From Basidiobolus meristosporus CBS 931.73 (taxonomy: Eukaryota; Fungi; Basidiobolomycota), in NCBI GenBank assembly GCA_002104905.1, contig MCFE01000112.1:103008-167007 (forward strand): a DNA stretch of 64,000 nucleotides, read 5' to 3'. Shown piece after piece: positions 11,404-24,249 of this stretch. The translations under genes were made by a program, and so were the position numbers. The notes below the pieces were generated by a model, which had not been told where the DNA came from, ran no database searches, and was given only the letters and a program-made list of their open reading frames with translations. The number at the start of each line of letters is the position of its first letter. Position 1 is the first letter of the stretch.

Positions 11404-14400
11404 TGTTATGATATACTGCTTGAATGTTAAGTTAGATCAGTTTTTAGTTAAATCAATTGGTTTTATGTTTAGCCTATTAGTATATCAGTGTTATCTATCA
11501 AATTAGTAGTATTAGTCAGCAGATGAATCAGCAGATTCTTATTGGACAGAAATAGTTATATTAAGTAGGATCTAATAGGGTGATGATGATGCAATCAAAT
11601 GAGTCATCAGCCACAGCCTACATTAGGAGATACAATTGGTCAGCAACTGATCTGACAAAATGTATGTAAGGAACTGCTGGAACCTCAATAAAAATCAGTT
11701 CAAGTTCTAGTAAATACAATACCAGCTAAACTCCCTATTCCTCTACAAACTCTTATATCAAGAATTGTAACATTGGTAGCAGCAATGACCAGAAACCTCC
11801 CTCCTGAAGAAGGAAGAAACCACCCTCAAGATGTTAGACAAGCAACAATGGAAGAATGCCATGCAGCAAATCCTGGCCCAACTGCAACAGTTACTCCATA
11901 TCCTCAGCCAACAGCAACAAGGAATGACTACCATGGCCCAGAGCCCACAAAGCCCTGTCAAGAGCAACTTTAGTGTGAAGGTCAACTGGTACCATGGCAG
12001 AGTCAATGAAAAACTGGTAGCTTGGCTCTTCCGGATTGAAGAAGCTTTTAAGGCTAAAGGAATTGCTCCAGAAAGTAAGTTGCATTATGCAGCTTTACAG
12101 TGGTACCACATCAAGATCAGGTCGGCCACTATGATGGGATGCTCTACAATCTCTACCTGGGATGAGTTTGTGTTGGAAATTCAGGATGCTTTTGAAGCTC
12201 CTCACCAGCAGACACTACTAAGAAGGAAGTTAAAGACACTCAGACAGAAAGGAATGGTGCAAGAATATATCTATGAGTACAGATGTCTACTTGGACAAAT
12301 TGAAAGAATGGACCTCCTGGATCAAGTTGAATACTTTATTGATGGGTTGAAAGAAAGATCTTATAAGGAAGTGAATTATCAAAGACCTCAGACTATTGAA
12401 GAAGCCATCAAGATTGCCATTGACTATGACTCAGCTATGTTTGGAGTTGGGAAGCCTACAGTGACTAATCAGAAAGGCTACAATTACTATGAAAGAAGAC
12501 AGTCAGAACCAGTACCCATTGAAATAGATGCTGTGCAGAAGAGCCCTACCTCAGAAGAATGCAGAAAGAAAGGACTTTGTTTCAATTACCACCAGCCAGG
12601 ACATATCTCAAAATACTGCCCTCAGAGAAGAAATGGACACCAGTCAATAAGAACCTTCAACCATATTGAGTCCCATGACCACAGTAATGTGGTGGATGAA
12701 CTTGAAGAAGACTTGGAACTCACTTTCCATATGACAGAAGAGTACTTGTCCCAAATGACCTCAAGCTCAGGGAAGCTATTGTACTTAAATGGAGTAATCA
12801 ATGGAGTACCAGCCAAGATCATGACTGACTCATGAGCCTCACAAGAGTACATGTCAGAACAACTTGCCTTGAAAGCTGGAATCAACTCAGAACCTAACAA
12901 ATCAACTTCAGTCTCAACAGCCAATGGGAACTCTCACATAATCAACCGTATTACCCAGCCAGTAAGAATGAAGATCAATGACTATGAAAAAGACTCACAG
13001 GCCTATATATTTGGGAACTGCAAGTTTGACCTTGCACTTGGAAAAACCTGGCTATTTTGTTGCAATCCATCAATCAGCTGTAGAACCCATGCTATTCAGA
13101 TCCAAAAGAACAACAACACTCATGAACTATTACCTGTCAGACTGGATTTCAACTTGGTCAATTCCAATATGTGTGAAACAAGTGAACTTAACAAGACCCA
13201 GATCTGTAGAGCACTTAGAAAAGTTACTCATATGTTCCTCATGGCAGTATTACAGGAGGATTCCTCTACCCCAGCACCCCAGAAGGTCCAGACATCAGTG
13301 CTTTTGTGAAAAAGAAGAATGGAACACTTAGGATGTGCGTTGCCTACAGAGCCCTGAGCTCAGTTACTGTCAAGAATAAGTACCCCATACCTTGGATTGA
13401 TGAGCTTTTGGACCAACTTAATGAAGCCACCATATTCAGCAAGATTGACCTCATGTCAGGATACAACCATATTAGGGTGAAACCAGAAGACATCCCTAAG
13501 ACAGCTTACAGGACCAGATATGGACATTACAAGTACTTAGTCATGAGTTTTGGCCTCACCAATGCCCCAGCAACATTCACAACTCTGATGCAGACTGTCT
13601 TCCAGGAGTACTTAGACAAGTTTGTGATAATCTACCTGGATGACATATTGTTATACAGCAAGACAGAAGGGGATCACTTGGTGCACATTGAAAAGGTCTT
13701 AATGAAGCTAAGAGAAAACAAGCTATATGGCAAGCTAGCCAAGTGTGAATTCTTCAAGGAACACATTAAATATCTGGGACACATAGTGACTAGCACAGGA
13801 GTGACCTTAGACCCTAAGAAGGTTGAAGTTATCAAGAATTTGAACCTGCCCCATAGCATATCAGAACTCAGATCATTCCTTGGAATGGTATCCTATTATT
13901 GGAGATTTGTCAAGTCCTTTGCAAGCATTGCAGCCCCTTGAACTGATATCCTCAAGAAAGACAACACCTACAAGTGGGACATAGCCTGTGAGACTGCCTT
14001 TCAGATGCTCAAGAATGAACTTGCAAAGCTGCCAAGCTTAAGAATACCTGACTTCAGAAAAGAGTTTATCCTGTGCACAGATGCTTTGGATTATGCACTT
14101 GGTAGAGTACTGAGCCAAGAACACAAGGGAAAGAGCTACCCAGTTGCCTTTGAATCCAAAAAACTGAACTCAGCAGAACAAAACTATCTGGTGCATGAGA
14201 AGGAGATGCTTCCAATAATACACTGCCTGAAGACATGGAGATGCAATATTGAAGGAGTCAAATGCACTGTAAAGACTGATCATGCCTCACTCCAGTATAT
14301 ATTTACTTGGAAGGTTCTATTCAGAAGAATGACAAGATGGTGTGAGTACATTCAGCAATTTGACTTGGAGACTGTCTACTGCCCTAGGAAAAGCAACACA

Positions 14401-15896
14401 ATTGCTGATGCCTTATCAAGACTAGAACAAGTGGCACAACTCAACTTGGTGCATGAGTCAGATTGGCCTAGCTTATTACCTCAGTATTTGGAGGACCAAG
14501 CCATTCCTAATGAGGTGGATGAAGAGATCAAGAAGATAATCCGGGAGGAAGCCAGCAAATTTGTAGTACAGGATGAAACACTCTACCAAATTGTTGATGG
14601 AAGCCCTATTGCCTAATGTACTTATGTTGCTTGCCTGGATTTAATACATTAGCTACACAATGGATATGGACATTTTGGGATTGAAGGAACCTATAGCCTT
14701 CTGAAAGCCAGAGCATTGTGGCCCAGAATGAAACAAGATATTGAGAAGCTAGTGAAAACATGCCCAAACTGCCAAATCAATCAAGGCCAGCCACATAGAA
14801 TATCCAAACTCTTCCCTTTGGAGCCTGTAAGACCATTTGGGAGAAGGGGAATTGACTTTATTGGAAGACTGCCAACCACCAGGAAATGCAACCTTTGGAT
14901 CCTAGTAGCAATTGACCATGCTACTAAATGGCCAGTTGCTAAAGCTGCACCAATAGCCAGTGAACTAGAAGTTGCAAGTTTCATTTACCATGAGATCCTG
15001 ATGAAGTTTGGATGCCCTGTGGAGATATTATCTGATAGAGGAGCAAACTTTATGGCAAAAGCATTGGAAGCTTACCAGGAAATGTAGCAGATCAAACACT
15101 TGAAAACCTCAGCATATCACCCCAGAACTAGTGAGTCACTGAACGCTTTAATGGATTATTTGGAAAAATGCTGACCAAGTATGCAAATGGAGCTGTCAGT
15201 AGATGGGATGAGTATATAGATCAAGCACTTTTTGCCTGCAGAGCAAGCATGCACAACACTACCCAACAATTCCCATTTTACTTAGTGTTTGGATGTGAGC
15301 CAAGGATTCCAGGAGATCTCACACAACCCAAGCATACAGACACCTTAGAAGATGAACTCAGTCAGCCCAGTAGTCACCAGCAATTGGAACAAAGACATCA
15401 AGAGGCGCAGGCCAAAGTATCTTGGAGTGCAGAAAAGATGAAGCAGAGATTTGATAAGACCATAGCACCAGAAGCATTGACAGTTGGGAACTTTGTATTA
15501 CTAAGAAACATCACTTGGAAGACATTTGAGCCACAATGGACAGTACCATTCAAGATCATCAGAGAATGTCCATTTGCAACTTACCAACTAGTGGATAAAC
15601 AAGGGAATATCCGGGAAGATTTAGTTCATGGAGACAGACTCAAGCTTGCAAGACTTGCTGACAATACTGAACCACCAAGATATTGGTATCACAAGAAAAG
15701 AGACTCAGGAGAACCCTCTCAACTTTAGTGGGTAGAATGTTATGATCTACCACTTGAATGTTAAGTTAGATCAGTTTTAGTTAAATCAATTAGTTTTATG
15801 TTTAGCCTATCAGTATATCAGTGTTATCTATCAAATCAGTAATATTAGTTAGCAGATGAATCAGCCAATCCTTATCAGACAGAAATACTTGTATTA
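11404..15896 (+). mobile_element. Degenerate copy of the Ty3/gypsy element (pseudogenised gag-pol, truncated 3' LTR)
   Basis: 5' LTR 11404-11772 and PBS; ORF fragments from 11831 to 15728 are collinear with the intact protein, with stops, frameshifts and a ~210-bp deletion at ~13295. The 3' LTR starts at 15738 and is cut at a TA (15895-15896) by a family-A TIR. Confidence 0.95.
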
Positions 15897-18849
15897 GACT
15901 TGTTCCATTGTACTGTGCCAGGGTGCGCGGCGCAATCCGTGGTTGTAAAGAACAATTGGGCGCAATTTTATAGGTACCAGTAGGCAGTATTGTTCTTGGA
16001 CAATTTTACACTATGTGGGACAATCTTGCACACTATGGCACAATCTGACACAATGAGGTTGGCACAGATGATTGCGCCAACTCATAATGTTTGCATCATG
16101 TGCGCAATTGGATACCACTATTATAGCAGGAAAAATCCAGTAATTGGATATGTTTCTTTGATGTAAATTGAAATAAATGTGTATCACACTATAAACTACA
16201 CTGATACTTACCATTTTGGCTACCATCACTCCAATTGGATGGTATCTCAGTGGTTAATTGGCCTAAAAGTATCCTGAAGCTGGCAGCCCCTAATTGGCTC
16301 ATTGACTACTAAACAAGCTACCTGATTTGCCATCAAATATCCCATTTTGCCCATTGAGCAAGTAAATCCCTGAAGCTAGTGACTGGACAAGGTGTCATAG
16401 CTAGCATGTGAGCAGTTGGGTAGGTGCAAAACAGATCCAATAGCTGCACTGGTATTACCAATGATGTATATATATGCAGGGTGTTTATTTATAGGGGTTC
16501 TGTCTCAAATGTGAGACAACCTCGATATTACTTATATCAAAAACTTGATGATCACTGATTTGCAATGGCTCAATTCTGATTGCAAAAAAAATGTTTTGTC
16601 AGGATCATTACTAATAATAGTAATTCATAGCAATTGCATCATCTTCTCCTGGGTTTTTTCTCACAGGAGTTACTACTGAGCATTTGGTAGTGACTCACTT
16701 TGCACACCTATACTACTTCCTTGTTGACTATCAACTTGGCTAAATGTGTATTTGTAGTCAGTATTTTGCCTCCTAGTTGATGGGTGCAATGCTGCAGCTT
16801 GGCTGAGCTGGACTGAGCCAACTGAACTGGCCTGGAGTGCCACACGCTGACACGTTCTTTTACTTGCCAAGGGCTCTGGTGGTTGAGGCACTTCAAGTGG
16901 GTCATCATAAGTCAGTTCACCAGAAGTAACATGCTGATAGTCAGGCAGAACAGCATGCACAGGCACAACTTGATGCGTTGAGATGGCCCTTGGCAGAGCT
17001 CAATGTGATGCTGCTTGATGACGCAACTTGGTCTGCTCCAATGGACTTGTGTCTAAATGAGCAGTTTGGCAAGTTCTGGTAGCTTTGCTCTATAGTGCGC
17101 TCATTGACTCAATGTGGGGCATTCTGGTAAAGGGTGTTAGTGTTGTCTGGGCTGATGTGTGCCGGCGCACTGTGGTTGCAAGAGATGGTAAGGAATCTAG
17201 CAAGGCATGCTGGTGCAATCTTGACAATGTTGCTTGCGGTCTGTATTCTTTCTCCTGAAGCTCATCATCTGATTCCTCAAGGTATTCACTTACCCTCTGT
17301 CTGATACTTTGGTGCTGTTGCCTGGATGAGTCCTATGTATATTGCTCTTGGAAGCCACTTAGCTCTACTAATATATCATGTAGTACATTAGTAATCTGAG
17401 GCAAAAACTCATTCAAAATCTCTTTGGCTCCCAAAGTTGAGGCACAAATGGACACATCCGGCCAGACTGTTCAAATTGCGCGCAAAATTGTTCCCGTGTG
17501 GCTTCTTCATCAAATCCCCTCACTCTGAGCTCATTCTTGCTTTCAATACTTGTCTTGTTAAATATCTTCTTACATACATTGGCTGGCATCTTGATGTAAT
17601 ACTCATGCCACAGATTTCTACTCAAATTCTTCCATCTTTGCCAACTCTCTAGGTATCTAGTTCTGCTAAATTAATCAGTAGTGCTCAAATATCTGTATGA
17701 AGGCTCATTATAGACACTTGGGCCATACTAAAATCATCTGGCAACAACTTGAACAGATCAAACATTGACTTTTCCGGTCCAGACCGTGCTTGTGAGCTGA
17801 GGGATGAGTTTTGTCTGGGTTGTACTAAAGATCAGTTGAGACTTGGTATGGGGACCATAGCAACAGACTTGGATACTAATACAGCATTATATTGGCATCA
17901 ACCTGGTCTTATATGAAATATATATAAAAACTAATGTGATTGTTGAATTTTTCATATATTATGCATGATGCATCTTGGATTGCATTGACACAGATAAGAT
18001 CACATCAATTGCAGATTTCCTATTAGATTATAGACCTATGAGTAAAGCATCTATAAAAGTACCAAGGCATTGTTTGAGGATGATTTTTGCAACATAATGA
18101 TGGGATACATGGCAATTGATGGAGATTTAATCATAATGCATTAAAAATCAGATAAATAATGCAGATCACGTCATATTGAATCAAATCAGCTCCATACAAT
18201 CTTCCACCAATTTTAATATGACTTACTCATCTCAATGGTCTTTTCTCATCAATTCCTTCACTACCACTGGATTTCCTTTTGACACACTGGAGGAGATCTA
18301 TTCCAAGTACTGTGGACCTTCTACACCAACCTACTTAAGGAAATCCCTTGTTAAGCTTCTCTGCTATTACATGAACTATTGCCCTACAAGACTTTATCCC
18401 ACCATCCATGGCAACAAAAGTCCTAGAAACTTTCATTCCCATCTGACAGCAATGGAGAACCACCTTGCAGAGTGTATGAATGACTTAGAGCAAGCTTGGA
18501 ATACTAGGATCAGAAGCTCTAATAGACTTGCATATCCCAAGTAAATACAGAGGAAAGTTATATATAGGACAAAACAGCAGAATAGGTAAGACAGTTAAGA
18601 TATTTCTTAATGCTCAGTATGTTCATACACAAAGACATCCACTGAGAGAAATGTGTCTGGAGCATTATGAAGAGTAAATAAAGCAGGGAAAGCACTATTC
18701 TAAGCCACATAAGTAAGATTGAGTAAAATTACCAGCAACTGTATTGTACTACTGGCATCATGGTAGAAATTATAGTGCCAGATGGTGCCATAGAGTGCCA
18801 GATCAATCTGGCACTGTAAACAGGCTGGCACTATTGAACAGAACAAGTC
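15897..18849. mobile_element. Candidate ~2.95-kb family-A TIR DNA transposon with two degenerate divergent ORFs
   Basis: TA|GACTTGTTCC at 15897 and GAACAAGTC|TA at 18849, with GTGCCA/GCGC subterminal repeats. It contains a minus-strand degenerate ORF (~16673-17700) and a plus-strand ORF at 18176-18544. Pairing of the two ends is uncertain because the LTR does not resume after 18851. Confidence 0.5.
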
Positions 18850-21800
18850 TAATGCTCATGGAACAAGTCAAGCGCATTCAGCTTGGCCTTGGTTCCTGAT
18901 GGTCCCATGCTATGCTGGCCTTAAGGTGATGGCATGCTAGACTTCTTACAGCCTCTTGAATATTAGCCCACTCTTCATTATTGCACTCAACAGCTTCACA
19001 GATCTTCAATGTCTTTTGATCTTTAGGCTTTGGTATAAACACCACATTGTCACCCTCCCATGCTGTGATAGGTTTTTCTGTGGGCTTTATCTTTGGGCAC
19101 TGTTGTTGTGCTTCAAAGACTGTGCAGTGTTACTCTGCTGTTACATTGGGACATGGCTCAATTCTTGACTGTGACATTGAGCTACTTGAGTTTCTTCTTT
19201 GCAGAAAAGATAATGCTTTCTCTACCTGGGATATTGATTGTTCTACAGGTATTATCTGCTCATCCTGTTTCTGGACTATATCCTGATTTCTCTGGGCCAT
19301 TGCATCTATCCTAGCAGCCACTGCACCTAATTGCTTCATTAATGCTTTGGTATGAACTGACAACATACTTGCTAATATGGGAGTGGTGATGTTATAACAG
19401 CCACTTGCCAGTCTTCAACTGAGGGTACTGCATTTGCTATATTCTCATCTGCCTGAGCATAATGGTCTGCCTGCGGCTCTGCACAGGTTCTCAATTGCCT
19501 ACTGGACTGAGAGCCTGAGGAGTTTGCATTATTACCTTCAGTGGGCACACTGTCAACATGGGCTTTTTTGGTTGTAGCCCTGCTTGTTGCACTGAATGTC
19601 AAAGCAAGCTGTTGTCCAATGGTTCTTCTGCTGCTGTCAGCAGTGAGGTTTGGTTGGGAACCAGACAACTTTGCTTTATTTTTTGGCAGCCTATATATGG
19701 AAGTGAGTCAAACCAAAGGGGAAATAGTGTTACATATATGTGTGTATATGGTGCCACAACTTTATTTATAATGCCCACTATGGTGGGTCATCATTGAATT
19801 TTACATTCATGTAGGTGCAATGTCTCAAATACCAGACTCTCTTAAATTCACATAAGTATCAACCAAAAAGTGATATAATAGCATTATGTTGTTGAAGATC
19901 AAACTGTTTGCCCCATGGACAAGGCTACTTTGATTCAATGCCATAAGCAAAGAGAAAAAAGACCATATGGCTATTGTAGCAAGCACGCAGACAGCATAGG
20001 AAGTAATACTAGGATCACGCCCAGTGTTTTGCCACACATGTCATATTTGACCATTCATCAGTCACTACTGTACCAACATTATCTTGCCGGTGTGGTAGGG
20101 TAAACATACCTCCCACAGACAAGTTTATTCATATAGTCATTATGATATACTTATCCATATTTTATCTTATCAGTATTATCCCATTCTTCTTTTGCCAATA
20201 TTATCAGTATTATCCCCATATGACGTTTACCCTGATTAGTTATTAGCATTAGTTATCCCAGATGTTATTCAGCTTTGTGATCAGTAGATGTATCTATATA
20301 AGGCAAGCACCCGTGTCAGTACCCAAGACACATGACCTAGGTCTGTGTTACCATCCCTACCATTTCAATACCATATATGGTATTTCTATGTTGCACAGGT
20401 TTCAGACTACTGATTGCTGATTGGTTGAATGTGCTGTGCCTTTTAGAACCTTCCAGGACATTCTTGGCATATTTTTAGCTCATAGTGATGTCATCAAGAG
20501 TTCCACTGATACCTAGAATCTTCTAGAACCTTGTCATTAGTAATCACTTGGCAATCAGGAAAAGTACTTAAGGGAAAGCAATCCCTCATCAATAAATCAT
20601 CCCTTCTACCAGTAACACTTCTACCTTATTGATTAGCAGTTGATCACTGCACCTGCCTTCAACAGTACATCTCAGACCTGCCATCAAGGAGCTTTTCAGG
20701 GTAGTGCACAAGACACACAGAGGCCTTTGGAGACACTTGGAGCACCTAGGAAGCTAGAGAGGCAGGAGCTTTTACCATAGTGACATATTGACAAAGACAC
20801 CAGCAGTTTAGACACAGAGGTTATTGCACCCATCAGACACCTCACACACCTTGAGTTGTGTAGCTTCTCCCAGGAGTACCTCTACACCATCACACCGGCC
20901 AGCTGATGCTTCTGTATTAGCACCTGGCTGTCTTTGTCACCTTGCACAAACTGAGTCAGGCAAGTTTGTGACGCCTTTAGGCTCACCTCAGCCTTCTGAA
21001 TATGGCTTGCAGTGTGATAGCTTTGACAAACAAGACTCACTGATGGATTGTGAGCCTATCTCCCCTAGCAACAGTACCCCGCATGAGCCCAGTCAAATCC
21101 TGGAATGCAATGAGACAACACCCATTGAAACAAATGCCATGGATACTATATGGTGCCAAGTGAGCCCAGTAATCCATCTACTGGTGAATGATGTAAAGTT
21201 GTGGCTAGAGAAGTGGCACATTTCCACCAATATTAGTAATGGAGGCCTTGAGGATTTACTATTACTTCTTGCCAAAATGATTCTGGGATGCAACTTACCA
21301 TGTACATGGTACAAGTGGACTACCGTCATGTGGCTGGCAACATATGACCCAGAGATCATCCTGATACCAGCATGTGTTAACAGTTGCATGGCATTCACAT
21401 CCAAAAATGCTACAATTGCAACGTGTCCAAATTGTCAGGAATCCACCACCATTGAGGGAAAACATTGCTCACACTCTGGATATATTCCAGTAATACCCTG
21501 TCTAAAGAAGCTCATGCAGTCCAACAAATATTGCAAAGCTATAAAGTACCGCACTCAGTATCAATCAAGCGCAAACATATCCAATATATTCAATGGCAAA
21601 CATGACAAACAGCTAAGAAGCAAGGGCTACTTTGAAGGTATGTATGACCATGCCTTTGTCTTAGCACTTAATGGATTCTCATTAAACAAGTACTCTACCA
21701 GCAAATCCTGCTGGCCACTGATTCTCATCAACCTAGATCTACCACCTATCTTATGGTATCAGTGCAAAAATTTGATGGTAGTCTCACTGGTGTCTGGGCC

Positions 21801-22006
21801 TAAATTACCATCCAACCTGGATAGCTACCTGTATCCATTGCTAGATGAATTTTGTATGCTTTCCAGCAGGATAACAGTAAATGGCCATCATGTCAAAGTG
21901 CATATTATTATCTGCATTGGAGATACCCCAGCCATCAGCAAGATAGCCAGCTTTTCTGGGCACAATGGACAGTATTGCTGTCAAATGTGTGAGATCCAGG
22001 GGATTA

Positions 22007-22215
22007 GACCTGTTCCATTGTGCCATTGATCATAGTGCCAGAAAGTGCTGTATATTTTGTTATTAATTTGATATTTCAGGGTCATATGCATGTCAATTTT
22101 GGTCTCAAATTGGCACTGTATGGCACTATCTGGCACTCTGTGGCATGATCAGGCTCTGTCTGGCATGCTATGGCACTATTGGGCACTATGATCAGCTGGA
22201 ATGATGGAACAGGTC
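22007..22215. mobile_element. 209-bp family-A MITE
   Basis: GACCTGTTCC...GGAACAGGTC flanked by TA on both sides. Removing it plus one TA restores the transposase frame (EIQGI-IYSTTLTHYYYP...HLLFNN). Confidence 0.9.
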
Positions 22216-23340
22216 TATCTACTCCACAACTCTCACACATTACTATTATCCAAACACCAACACTAAGAACATCATCTTCCCACAGAGAGAACGTACAGCA
22301 GTCAGCATGCAATTGCAGCAAAGTTGGCAAGCTATAAGCCATTGGCTGGAATATGGAATCAATCAGAAACTGGAGATACTTAAGATAGAGGGTATCTGTT
22401 AGAGCAAAAGCTTTCCACTGGGAGCAATGCATTTGCTTTTCAACAATATCCCTATACTGATGACCAAGTTGTACATGGAGCATTTCAAGCTAAATGAGCC
22501 CTTTGAGATACTGGAGAAATTTGAAAGAATTGGCAAGATATTACAGAGTATCCACCACCCTAAGTACTGCTCACAGGCTCCAATCAGTATCCATACGCAT
22601 ATTCAACAATACAAATGCAAAGACTGGATGAACTGGATATGTTTTTATTCAAGTGGTGTTCTGAAGCCATTCCTATCAAGAGTACATTGGAAGCATTGGG
22701 AGTCATATGTGGATATTGTAGGAATATTTATCCTGAAGCAGATCACCAATGCAAACTTGAAACATCTACAGCTGTTGTGCAAGGAGTTTGTAACAGGATT
22801 GGAGCAGCTATACTACAAACATAAAGCGGACATGTAGATCTCTGCCGCCACTGTATCCATTCTCTCCCACATCTGGCTTGGTGTGTGGAGAATATTGGGC
22901 CTTGCTTTACCTTTTGGGAGTTTCCTATGGAGCAGATGTGTGGGGAGATAGGAAGACCAGTCAAGTTGTAGGTACTACCATATCCCAATCTCATCAAGAA
23001 TATTACCTTCAACTCTGTCATGGATGTGATGAGTTGGTACATGAAGGACAGCCAGGAAGAGTTGGAAAATACTGAGGACAGATGTGCACATGGAGACACC
23101 TATGCCTATAGCATTAAGAAGCTAAGCAGCCCCAATGCATGGGTAATCAGTTAAGTAATGCAAAGTTGGATTGGGTACAACAAGCAACTAATTTTTATTA
23201 GGAAAGCTCTACCATAGTATGTTGGGTTTCTTGTGGTCACATTCCAACTTTGACACCATTCAATACAGAATTCACACAAATAAGAGCCAGAGCACACCTA
23301 TAAGGGGCACTAGAATCCAGCAGGGAGAAGGAATATATTG

Positions 23341-23549
23341 GACTTGTTCCATCATTCCAGCTGATCATAGTGGCCAATAGCACCATAGCATGCCAGATAG
23401 TGCCTGATCATGCCACTGAGTGCCAGATAGTGCCATGCAGTGCCAATTAGGGATCAAAATTGACATGTATATTACCCTAAAATATCAAATTAATAGCAAA
23501 ATATACAGCACTTTCTGGCACTATGATCAATGGCACAATGGAACAAGTC
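23341..23549. mobile_element. 209-bp family-A MITE (inverted relative to 22007-22215)
   Basis: GACTTGTTCC...GGAACAAGTC|TA; same length and about 90% identical by eye to the reverse complement of 22007-22215. The left flank is TG rather than TA. Confidence 0.88.
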
Positions 23550-24249
23550 TAGTGGCTAAATACCAAAAAGCTCTTTGTGGATATTCAGGTGGTATCCATG
23601 GCAGAAGTGGTGGCAACCAAGCATATGTTTGCAAGATGTATATGTTACCAGCGGTACAAGGTATATGGCAACTTTGCAAGTATCACACTAAAAAGCCGTA
23701 AAGTTGAGGCAATAGAAGTATATCAACTGTGGCTGGTGTGTGCGTTTGTAGATGTTAGTAAGCAGGAGTCCATAGTATTTTTTGATTCAAACTATATGTG
23801 GAATACCTAAGGAAGTAGTGGGTAAGCAAATAAAGAGGAGTGATTCTACAGTGGAATATATGAATTGCACAAGGGGAGGTAGAAAAAGGATATACCATTT
23901 GGTAAATTGGTATGGTAGCATTATACAGAACTAGCTATAGGCCACCATACTGCCGTTATAATGCTACTGAAAACTTGGCATGAAGCCATCAGAACACCAT
24001 CAATATTTTCGCCATATAAGGCAGTTGGAAGTACTGGCCAGTTAGATCCATTTAAAATAGTTGTAGAGCGCGCTAAGACCGCAACAATACCTTTTAAATG
24101 TTGCAACAGTACCTATTAAACCCTGTCAAGTTTTTATCTTAATTTGGCAGCAAAATTAGCTAGACACCGCTAAGATCCCGTAAAAAAATTGTCAAGAGGG
24201 TCTCTAATTCCAAGCTGCTGGTACTATGATGGTCTCAATGGGATCCTGA

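Larger units (their letters stand above)
20824..23810 (+). pseudogene. CACTA/EnSpm (Transposase_21-like) transposase, inactivated
   Basis: ACVNSC..F...CPNC; LALNGFS (D>N); WP..NLDLPP; GPKLPSNLDSYLYPLLDE; GDTPAISK..F.GHNG.YCC.MC; AMHLLFNN (DxMH position); GP..TFWEFPMEQ. Interrupted by two MITEs, stops and frameshifts. Confidence 0.85.

Noticed and set aside
20100-20640. Possible solo LTR(s) upstream of the CACTA transposase
   Set aside because: TATA- and AATAAA-like words are present, but there are no clear TG...CA ends, TSD or second copy in the window.
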